From Methanomicrobiales archaeon (GTDB taxonomy: Archaea > Halobacteriota > Methanomicrobia > Methanomicrobiales > Methanospirillaceae), in contig JADGNL010000165.1 in NCBI GenBank assembly GCA_017883495.1, positions 1 to 32,576 on the forward strand: a stretch of DNA of 32,576 nt. The letters are read 5' to 3'. The translations under genes were made by a program, and so were the position numbers. Shown here piece by piece: positions 24,922 through 31,934 of the stretch. How positions within the stretch are numbered: position 1 is the first letter of the stretch; the number at the start of each line of letters is the position of its first letter. The notes under the pieces were generated by a model. That model was not told the DNA's origin and ran no database searches. It saw only the letters and a list, made by a program, of their open reading frames with translations.

Positions 24922-25005
24922 GCGAAAACCCTGTCCCTCTGGCACGGCGGACGAGATCGCCGCTGCGAACAGTCCCGCCGCGAACCTCCGTAACAATCCA
25001 TAAAT

Positions 25006-25716
25006 ATGAAGCATCTCAAATTTGGTACCGTGACGATCGAGGCCGGGGACCTGGCGTGCCTGAAGGCGATCGCCCTGCTCGGCGGATGCCGGGGGCCGGT
25101 GTACGTCTCGTCCCAGTCGCTCGCGGGCGAACTCGGCATGAGTCCGCAGACCGCGTCCCGCCGCCTCCAGTCGCTCGAGTCCGCGCTCCTCGTCACCCGC
25201 TCGGTCCGCCCCGCGGGTCAGTACGTCTCGGTCAGCCGGGTCGGCGAGGAGGTTCTCCACCGGGAGTATTCGGACTACTGCCGGCTCTTCGGGGGCTCGT
25301 CCGGCGGGTTCGTGATGACCGGGCACGTCGTGAGCGGCGTGGGCGAAGGGCGCTACTACATGAGCCTGCCTGCGTATCGCGAGCAGTTCGCGGCCGTACT
25401 CGGCGAGGACCCGTACCCCGGAACGCTCAACGTCCGGCTCGACGGCGCGAGCGTGCCCGTGCGAAAGAAGCTCGACACTCTCGACTGGACGACAATCCGC
25501 GGCTTCATCGCGGAGGCGCGGACCTTCGGCGACGCCCGGGCCCTTCCCTGCCGGATCGGCGAGCACCGGTGCGCCATTGTCGTGCCGGGCCGGACCCACT
25601 ACCCCGAGGACATCGTCGAGGTGATCGCCGGGGTGCCCCTCCGCGAGGCCCTCGGTCTGGCCGACAAGGACCGCGTGACGGTCGAGGTGACGGATGAACG
25701 AGATGATGCAGCATGA
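25006..25716 (+). CDS. ribK: winged-HTH / CTP-dependent riboflavin kinase fusion (RbkR-type)
   Basis: N-terminal wHTH (SSQSLAGELGMSPQTASRRLQSLESALLVTR). The C-terminal archaeal riboflavin kinase core is GHVVSGVGEGRYYMSLPAYREQFAAVLGEDPYPGTLNVRL. Confidence 0.88.
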   Translation: MKHLKFGTVTIEAGDLACLKAIALLGGCRGPVYVSSQSLAGELGMSPQTASRRLQSLESALLVTRSVRPAGQYVSVSRVGEEVLHREYSDYCRLFGGSSGGFVMTGHVVSGVGEGRYYMSLPAYREQFAAVLGEDPYPGTLNVRLDGASVPVRKKLDTLDWTTIRGFIAEARTFGDARALPCRIGEHRCAIVVPGRTHYPEDIVEVIAGVPLREALGLADKDRVTVEVTDERDDAA

Positions 25717-26414
25717 TTGACGAGGCGCTTGCCGCGCTGCGGGATGGACGGTTCATCCTGCTCTACGACTTCGACAACCGCGAGGGAGAGACCGACTTTG
25801 CCATCCGCGCGGACGCGGTGACGCCCGCACACCTGCGGCAGATGCGCAAGGACGGCGGCGGGCTGATCTGCTGCGCGGTTCCGCACGAGGCGGCCGAACG
25901 GCTGGGCCTGCCGTTCGCCCACGACGTGCTCGAGGCGGCCGGTGTCGGCGTGCGCGACCACGTTATCCCGTACGACCGGAAGAACCGCTCCTCGTTCTCG
26001 CTCTGGGTCAACCACGCCTCGACCTTCACGGGGATCACGGACAACGATCGTACAACCACGATCAACGCGATCGCCGATCAGGTGAAGCGAGCTCTGGCGG
26101 GAGAAGAGACCCGGTTCTTCGACGAGTTCCGGCTGCCGGGCCACGTCCCCATCCTCCGGGGAGCCGACGGTCTCATCGCTCGCCGGTGCGGCCAGACCGA
26201 GCTCTCGCTCGTGCTCGCCCGGATGGCCGGGATCACCCCTGCTATCGTGGTCTGTGAGATGCTCGACGACGAGAGCGGCATGGCCCTCCGGAAGGCGGAC
26301 GCGCGGGCCTACGGCGAGGCGCACGGAATCCCGTTCCTCGAGGGGCGCGAGGTCGCGGACCGCTGGACCGGACCGGCCGCATGCGGCGGCTCGGCCGCTC
26401 CGGCCGCCCGATAA
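25713..26414 (+). CDS. ribB: 3,4-dihydroxy-2-butanone 4-phosphate synthase
   Basis: DFDNREGETDF, GGLICCAV, LPGHVPIL, RRCGQTELS. The start overlaps the upstream stop (ATGA at 25713-25716). Confidence 0.9.
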   Translation: MIDEALAALRDGRFILLYDFDNREGETDFAIRADAVTPAHLRQMRKDGGGLICCAVPHEAAERLGLPFAHDVLEAAGVGVRDHVIPYDRKNRSSFSLWVNHASTFTGITDNDRTTTINAIADQVKRALAGEETRFFDEFRLPGHVPILRGADGLIARRCGQTELSLVLARMAGITPAIVVCEMLDDESGMALRKADARAYGEAHGIPFLEGREVADRWTGPAACGGSAAPAAR

Positions 26415-26462
26415 TCTTCGAGATTACGACCCTCGTTGGTCCCATGTTGCCCTATACTGTCC

Positions 26463-26468
26463 TTTTTT
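26463..26468 (+). terminator. oligo-T tract (T6) after ribB
   Basis: CC-TTTTTT 49 nt after the ribB stop, followed by an ATGCATAAATAC A/T box. Confidence 0.4.
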
Positions 26469-26497
26469 GTCATAATGCATAAATACGAAGGGAGCCG

Positions 26498-26893
26498 ATG
26501 GCGGGCTTGGACCAGGAGGAACGTTCGATGTCGACCAATCAGCCCGCTTCACCAGAGCAGAAATTTCGCACGATCCGCACCGCACACCGCGACAACGCGC
26601 AGATCGACTACCTCGTCGGTCTCCTCTCCGACGACAATCCCGGCAACCGCTGGAAGGCAGCCCAGGCGCTCGGGCGCGTCCAGGATCCCGCTGCCGTCGA
26701 CGCCCTGCTCCAGGCGCTCTATGACGACGACTGGCGCGTTCAGCAGAAGGCGATCTGGGCCCTCGGTGCGATCGGCGACTCCCGGGTCATCGGGCCGCTT
26801 CGTCGGCGCTACGCCGAGGTCGACGAAGGGCTCCGGGAGCTGATCACGGACGCCCAGGAACTGATCCGGAGCCGGATGTACCGGCCCGGGTGA
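26498..26893 (+). CDS. HEAT-repeat (PBS-lyase HEAT-like) protein
   Basis: DDNPGNRWKAAQALGRVQDPAAVDALLQALYDDDWRVQQKAIWALGAIGDSRVIGPL gives two canonical repeats. Because an A/T box lies only ~15-20 nt upstream, the second ATG (26528) may be the true start. Confidence 0.75.
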   Translation: MAGLDQEERSMSTNQPASPEQKFRTIRTAHRDNAQIDYLVGLLSDDNPGNRWKAAQALGRVQDPAAVDALLQALYDDDWRVQQKAIWALGAIGDSRVIGPLRRRYAEVDEGLRELITDAQELIRSRMYRPG

Positions 26894-26905
26894 TACATCT
26901 ATTAT

Positions 26906-27514
26906 TCAGAGTGCCGTGGCTGTGTACGCGGCGCCGAGCGCGACCATGGCGATGCCGCACCCACCGAGGAGCAGCCGGTAGGCGCGGTCCGGCAGAAACG
27001 CGGAGCCGCGGGCGACCGCGGCGCCGACCAGCAGGAGCCAGGCGAGGTCGGCCGTTCCGTGCCCGGCGAGAAAGAGGACCGCATCCGCCTGGCTGCTCGC
27101 CAGCGCGCCGGCCAGCAGGGCGCCCCCGAGCGTGGCCCACCAGAGCCAGAAGTAAGGGTTCGCCACCGAGGTGAGCACGCCCGCGAGGAACGGCCCGACA
27201 CGTTCCGGGCCGGCGGACGGCACGAGGCTCGCGCTTCGGGCGCCATGCACGGTGAGAAGCACGAAGCCGACGAGGGCCGTGCCGCCGACGACTGCGATCC
27301 CCGCGCGGTGCGAGAGGACGAGCGGCGCTACCCCGAGCACGAGCGCGACCGCGAGTACGCCCTCGACCAGGAGGTGCCCGGCCGCGACCCGGCCGCCCAC
27401 GAGGGGACCGTGCCTGACGGCCCCCGAGATAGTGGCGAGCAGGGTCGGCCCGGGCGCGAGCGCGCCCGAGAGGCCAACGCCGAACCCGAGCAGAAGCGAC
27501 TCGACGGACTGCAT
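26906..27514 (-). CDS. LysE/RhtB-family amino-acid exporter
   Basis: Multi-TM protein with an N-terminal LGFGVGLSGALAPGPTLLATI motif. The start is set at ATG 27514 (MQSVESLLLGF). Confidence 0.8.
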   Translation of the reverse strand: MQSVESLLLGFGVGLSGALAPGPTLLATISGAVRHGPLVGGRVAAGHLLVEGVLAVALVLGVAPLVLSHRAGIAVVGGTALVGFVLLTVHGARSASLVPSAGPERVGPFLAGVLTSVANPYFWLWWATLGGALLAGALASSQADAVLFLAGHGTADLAWLLLVGAAVARGSAFLPDRAYRLLLGGCGIAMVALGAAYTATAL

Positions 27515-27621
27515 GGGCGTGCTTGATATTGGCCGGGCCACAATGAAAAACTGGCGTCGATGATAGGGCTGGGGATCACGAGAGGGGCCGGGGCGGCGGA
27601 CGCGAACGGGCGCGGGAGCAG

Positions 27622-28881
27622 ATGAGCGGCGCCTCCCTTCCGCCGGTCACGGTCGCGCTCGACCCCGGCGTGGCGGCCTGGTCGCTCCGCCGGCTCCTTC
27701 GGCGTGTGGGTTCCGCGCTCGACACGCCTCCGCTCGACCCGGTCCTGGCGGTCACGCGGCCGTTCGAGCTCGGGGACGGAGGCAGGCTTCGGGCGGTACG
27801 CGCTGCGGTCGAGACCGCGATCCCCGATGCACTCTGGCTCGCGTACGCCCTCGACGGGTTCGCCGCAGGCCCGGGCGGGACCGTCGGGCTCGCTCTCCGA
27901 CCCTCACCCGCCCTCGCGGCGGCCGCCGCCGCGATCGAGTCGGCTCTCTCGGCGGTCGCCGCCCCCGCGGACCTGCCGGACGAACGGTTCCTCGTCCCGG
28001 TTGCCCGCGGGCTGGACCGGCGGGCTCACCGCGCCGCGATGCGAACGCTGGGCCTTGCCCGCCCGCCATGGTATCGACGGCTCCTCGCCCCCCTCGAGGC
28101 TGCCGGCTCCGTCGCTCCGCTCCCGTCGCCGCTGCGTCTGTTCGAGGCGCTCCGCCTCCTCGTCCTCGTCGGCGGCAGCCCTGCGGCCGGGTACGACCTT
28201 CCCGCCAGGCGCTGGCTCAGCCGGATCGAGCTCCGCGATCGGGCCATCCAGGCGACATCCCTGCGCACCTACCGCCGGGCACGGGGAGTCGAGCTCGCGG
28301 CCCCGGGGGGGCATTCCCGCGGCGAGACTTGGCTCCTCGCCGACCTCCACCTCGGCCATCCCGGGATCGCGCTCTACGCAGCCCGGCCCTTCCTCGCGTC
28401 CGACGTCGGCGAGATGAACCGGGTCCTGATCGGGAACTGGCACCGCACCGTCGCGCCGGGGGACCGGGCCCTCGTGCTCGGCGACCTCTGCGCCGGCCCC
28501 GACCCCGGCGCTTACCGGGCGGCAGTCGGAGCGCTCTCTGGCCGGCTCGAACTCGTCCGCGGCAACCACGACCCCGAGCTCGGGCTGGCCCGTTCGGTCA
28601 CGTTCGAGGCCGGCGGTCACCGGTTCCTCGGGGTCCACGACCCGGCCGACGCCCCGCCGGAGTTCGACGGTTGGGTCGTTCACGGCCACCTCCACGACAG
28701 CGACCTCCGCCGGTTCCCGTTCTTCGACCCGGTGGCGCGGCGGGTCAACGTCTCGGTCGAGACGGCCGGATTCAGCCCGGTCCCGCTCTCGCAGGTCTGC
28801 GATCTGATCTCGGCAGAGACCGGGCCGGTGCTCATCAGGGAGGTCGAACCGGCTCTCATCGCCGATGCGCCCTCCTTATAA
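27622..28881 (+). CDS. two-domain protein: N-terminal Ala/Arg/Leu-rich domain (possibly degenerate 2H-phosphoesterase-like) plus C-terminal metallophosphoesterase
   Basis: C-terminal motifs from about aa 235: LLADLHLGH, VLGDL, RGNHD, VVHGHLH. The N-terminal 234 aa have no catalytic motif I can recognise. GGGAG lies 4 nt before the ATG. Confidence 0.8.
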   Translation: MSGASLPPVTVALDPGVAAWSLRRLLRRVGSALDTPPLDPVLAVTRPFELGDGGRLRAVRAAVETAIPDALWLAYALDGFAAGPGGTVGLALRPSPALAAAAAAIESALSAVAAPADLPDERFLVPVARGLDRRAHRAAMRTLGLARPPWYRRLLAPLEAAGSVAPLPSPLRLFEALRLLVLVGGSPAAGYDLPARRWLSRIELRDRAIQATSLRTYRRARGVELAAPGGHSRGETWLLADLHLGHPGIALYAARPFLASDVGEMNRVLIGNWHRTVAPGDRALVLGDLCAGPDPGAYRAAVGALSGRLELVRGNHDPELGLARSVTFEAGGHRFLGVHDPADAPPEFDGWVVHGHLHDSDLRRFPFFDPVARRVNVSVETAGFSPVPLSQVCDLISAETGPVLIREVEPALIADAPSL

Positions 28882-28957
28882 GGCTCCAATACATCTCTTC
28901 TTAAAGCCTGGGGTCCCATACTGAGAAGCAGTTTTCCCAAGCTGTTGGAAAAGTATC

Positions 28958-29122
28958 ATGTACAACTCGAATTTTGGCGGTCGTTCGGACCGCCCACGTG
29001 AGATGACCAAGGTCGTCTGTTCAGACTGTGGAAAGGAGTGCGAGGTCCCGTTCAAGCCGACAGAGGGCCGCCCGGTCTACTGCCAGGACTGCCTCCCGAA
29101 GCACCGGCGCCCCCGGTTCTGA
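28958..29122 (+). CDS. small CxxC-x17-CxxC zinc-ribbon protein (54 aa; below the ORF-track cutoff)
   Basis: Hand translation: MYNSNFGGRSDRPREMTKVVCSDCGKECEVPFKPTEGRPVYCQDCLPKHRRPRF-stop. CSDC-x17-CQDC with the F.P..GRPVYC..C pattern of the CxxC-x17-CxxC family. It is followed by a T-rich terminator. Confidence 0.75.
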   Translation: MYNSNFGGRSDRPREMTKVVCSDCGKECEVPFKPTEGRPVYCQDCLPKHRRPRF

Positions 29123-29125
29123 TCT

Positions 29126-29147
29126 CCTCCTTTCTTACACCTTTTTC
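29126..29147 (+). terminator. T-rich terminator CCTCCTTTCTT-ACAC-CTTTTT
   Basis: It starts 4 nt after the stop of the small zinc-ribbon gene. Confidence 0.5.
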
Positions 29148-29272
29148 GTACCCCTGAAACGGGCATCGCCAACTTCAATCGCAGCTCGCTCCTCCTTTTC
29201 CACGATGTCGAGCGTACGCTCCGCGGGACGAACCGACGGGTATTTTACCATGGGCTTGATATTCTAATACCG

Positions 29273-30502
29273 ATGGCTTCGCTCTCAATGAGGACGGCAT
29301 TGCTCGTCCTCGGTCTCTCTCTCGTCCTCATAGCCCCCTGTCTGGCGGCGACGCCGGTCGGGGGCTCGGTCGGTGTCTTCATGGTGAAGTGCCCGGTCGA
29401 CGGCGCGAAGGTCTGGTTCGACAACGACTACAAGGGCCAGATCGCGAACGGCATCCTCACGGTACCGGTCTACGCCACAGGGACGCCTTACCAGACCTAC
29501 CGTGTCGAGGCGGACGGCTACGAGCCGTTCCTCGGGATGATCCCCGACTACCCCACCGGCGGCGGCATCGTGACCCTCCAGGTGGACCTGCAAAAGTCCC
29601 CCATCGGCGGCAACATGGGAACGATCCAGTTCACCGCGAACGTCGAGGGAGCCTACGTCTACCTCGACGGCGAGTTCCAGGGCGTCATCCAGAACGGCGT
29701 TCTCATGGACTCGGTCTACGTGACGGGCACACCCTTCCGGAGATACACGGTCCAGGCCCCGGGCTACCTGACCGCGAGCGGCGCGCTCCCGCGAATGCCG
29801 GCGGCCGGCGAGATCGTCACCGTTCCGGTGACCCTCACTCCGCGCGCCACCCCGACCCCGATCGGCGGCGACCGCGGGGCGTACCTGATCCTCTGCCCGG
29901 TCGACGGGGCGATGGTCTCGCTCGACGGCGACAGCGTGGGCACGATCCAGAACGGCGAACTCTTCGCCCCGGTCTACGTGACGGGAACGCCCTACAAGAC
30001 CCTCCGCATCACCGCCAGCGGGTACAGGCCCTACTCGGCCCCGATCACGCAGTACCCGTCCGCGGGCCAGGTCGTGAACCTCTACGCGGTCCTCGACCCC
30101 GTCACGCCCACGCCGACGCCCTCGCTGATCGGCGGGGACATGGGTTACTACCTGGTCCACTCGAACGCCGAGGGCGGTCGAGTCTACTTCGACAGCGACT
30201 ACAAGGGTAACATCACGAGCGGCGTCCTGAACGTCCCGGTCTACACGACGGGCACCCCGTACCGGACCTGGTCCGTGGTGAAGGAAGGCTATGCGACCTT
30301 CAACGGGACGATCAGCACCTACCCGTCCAAGGGCCAGACCATCGACCTCCAGGCTACCCTGACTCTCCTCCCGACCACGGCGCCGACAACGAACGCGTCG
30401 ACCGCGGTCCCGACCACGACCAAGTCCCCGCTCTCCGGGCTCTGCATCGCGGGCGCGCTCCTATCGCTCGCGGCCCTCGGGTTCGCGGGCCGGCGGCACT
30501 GA
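29273..30502 (+). CDS. secreted protein with four tandem PEGA domains and a C-terminal membrane anchor/sorting signal
   Basis: Signal peptide LVLGLSLVLIAPCLAA. Four ~82-89-aa repeats each have (P/L)xGG, a PEGA-like box (PVDGA, VEGA, PVDGA, AEGG), VY(A/V/T)TGTP(Y/F) and a GY box. A Thr/Pro linker is followed by the TM segment LCIAGALLSLAALGFAG and an RRH tail. Confidence 0.85.
   Translation: MASLSMRTALLVLGLSLVLIAPCLAATPVGGSVGVFMVKCPVDGAKVWFDNDYKGQIANGILTVPVYATGTPYQTYRVEADGYEPFLGMIPDYPTGGGIVTLQVDLQKSPIGGNMGTIQFTANVEGAYVYLDGEFQGVIQNGVLMDSVYVTGTPFRRYTVQAPGYLTASGALPRMPAAGEIVTVPVTLTPRATPTPIGGDRGAYLILCPVDGAMVSLDGDSVGTIQNGELFAPVYVTGTPYKTLRITASGYRPYSAPITQYPSAGQVVNLYAVLDPVTPTPTPSLIGGDMGYYLVHSNAEGGRVYFDSDYKGNITSGVLNVPVYTTGTPYRTWSVVKEGYATFNGTISTYPSKGQTIDLQATLTLLPTTAPTTNASTAVPTTTKSPLSGLCIAGALLSLAALGFAGRRH
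29354..30364 (+). repeat. four tandem coding repeats (PEGA units) starting at about 29354, 29600, 29858 and 30125
   Basis: Unit boundaries were derived by hand from the recurring (P/L)(V/I)GG ... VYxTGTP ... GY ... L pattern. The units are diverged, not identical. Confidence 0.75.
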
Positions 30503-30505
30503 CCG

Positions 30506-30525
30506 CCTCCTTTCTTTTCTTTTCC
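30506..30525 (+). terminator. T-rich terminator CCTCCTTTCTTTTCTTTTCC
   Basis: It starts 4 nt after the PEGA gene stop. It shares the 11-mer CCTCCTTTCTT with the terminator at 29126. Confidence 0.5.
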
Positions 30526-30614
30526 CGCAACGGGAATCGGTCGCGGCGATACGCGATGCGCCCGGAGCGTCAAGAACCCTATGTTTAAGAGAGCCGACCG
30601 ACGACGTATACGAA

Positions 30615-31355
30615 ATGACAGATCAGCCCAAACCGAAAGGCGGGCGGAACCAGTCCGTCAAGCGGAAGAACCCGCCGAAACCGGCCGAGGAGCCGGGGAC
30701 TGCGCTCTGGAAGAAGGTCCTCTTCGTCTCGGTGGGCGTCCTCTTCGTGGTCCTGATGGTCGTCTCCTCGATGGGGTCGAGCTGGCTCAACGTCTTCCAG
30801 ACGGTCAAGCCCGGTGCCGTCGTCATGACCGACGTGACGATCCGCGACGATCAGAACCGGCCGGTCCTGACCACGAGCGAGACCATCTACTCGGCCGCGA
30901 TCAAGGAGAACCGGACGGTCTTTCTGGCCTCGCCGTTCACGGTCGATGCCGGGCTGGCCTATACCGATCCCGTGATGACTGTCCCGATCATCGCCCCCCA
31001 GAGCGGCGTGAACTACACGCTCTTCGGGGAGGAGTATAACGCGATCGCGACCGGCGTGGTCGGCATGCACCCCAGCGGCACGAAGACGGTCCCGCTCGAT
31101 ACCAACGTGACCGAGGAGCGGAACTACACGGCCGAGGAGTTCGACCAGCTCGGCGGCGACTTCGGCAACACCTCGATCGGCGACGAGATGGTCCTCTCGT
31201 TCGTCGAGAACCCGGAGGCGCTCTACAGCAACACCACGACCCCGACCTACGCGCTCCGCACGACCCACGTCGTGAACCGGACCGAGGACTCGGTCACGCT
31301 CTCGTTCAGCCTCGCCACGGCGGACCTGACCCTCTCGCAGGTCCGGTCGCAGTAA
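30615..31355 (+). CDS. single-pass membrane protein of unknown function, sequon-rich ectodomain
   Basis: Basic N-terminus and TM helix VLFVSVGVLFVVLMVVSS. The ~190-aa external part has seven N-x-S/T sequons (NRT, NYT, NVT, NYT, NTS, NTT, NRT). A TTTAAGA box lies 24-33 nt upstream of the ATG. Confidence 0.75.
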   Translation: MTDQPKPKGGRNQSVKRKNPPKPAEEPGTALWKKVLFVSVGVLFVVLMVVSSMGSSWLNVFQTVKPGAVVMTDVTIRDDQNRPVLTTSETIYSAAIKENRTVFLASPFTVDAGLAYTDPVMTVPIIAPQSGVNYTLFGEEYNAIATGVVGMHPSGTKTVPLDTNVTEERNYTAEEFDQLGGDFGNTSIGDEMVLSFVENPEALYSNTTTPTYALRTTHVVNRTEDSVTLSFSLATADLTLSQVRSQ

Positions 31356-31357
31356 CC

Positions 31358-31363
31358 TTTTTT
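31358..31363 (+). terminator. oligo-T terminator (T6)
   Basis: TAA-CC-TTTTTT immediately after the stop at 31353-31355. Confidence 0.5.
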
Positions 31364-31426
31364 CAAGATCTCCCGGAGCGAATCGATCAGGTTATCCCCC
31401 CGGCGTCCGATCTGGAAATCGGGATC

Positions 31427-31927
31427 ATGAAGACCATCATCGTCTACCACTCGTTCTCGGGGGTCACCCGCGGCATCGCCGAGCGGGTGCGGACCGCGAG
31501 CGGCGGCGACCTCGTCGAGGTCCGCCCGACGCAGCCGTACTCGAAGCTGACGGCATACACGCTCGGCGGATTCCGGGCCCGCGGCAGGAAGGCCGACGCG
31601 GTCGAGCCCGCGTCGATCGACGTCTCGGCGTACGACCTGATCGTCCTGGGCACGCCCGTCTGGGCGGGCCGGGCGACGCCGGTGACGAACGGCGCCGTCG
31701 AGGCGCTCGTCGGAACGGAGGGCAGGAACGCGGTGCTCTTCGCGACCTGCGGCTCGCAGACGGGCGATACCCTTCCGCAGCTCAGGGACGCGCTCGCCGC
31801 AAAGGGTGTCGCCGTGATCGGCGAGTTCTCGTTCTCGGCGAAGGAACTCCAGGACACCCGGAAGGTCGAGGCGCTGATCGCCCGGGTCACGGCGGGGGAC
31901 GAAGCGCCGACCGCCGTCGGGAGCTGA
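31427..31927 (+). CDS. flavodoxin-family protein
   Basis: MKTIIVYHSFSGVTR N-terminus (FMN phosphate loop-like), YDLIVLGTPVWAG, and a length of 166 aa. Confidence 0.8.
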   Translation: MKTIIVYHSFSGVTRGIAERVRTASGGDLVEVRPTQPYSKLTAYTLGGFRARGRKADAVEPASIDVSAYDLIVLGTPVWAGRATPVTNGAVEALVGTEGRNAVLFATCGSQTGDTLPQLRDALAAKGVAVIGEFSFSAKELQDTRKVEALIARVTAGDEAPTAVGS

Positions 31928-31934
31928 GGAGTTC

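Noticed and set aside
24752-25003. 83-aa plus-strand ORF filling the regulator/rbkR spacer.
   Set aside because: Third-position G+C is at background level by hand count. The product is Pro/Ser/Cys/Arg-rich without motifs. The overlapping 76-aa frame is discussed as uncertain in the findings.
24996-25005. CATAAATA immediately before the rbkR ATG looked like a TATA box, which would force a downstream start.
   Set aside because: The winged-HTH residues begin well before the next in-frame Met (M45). ATG 25006 must therefore be at or near the true start, and the A/T run is probably coincidental or part of a short leader.
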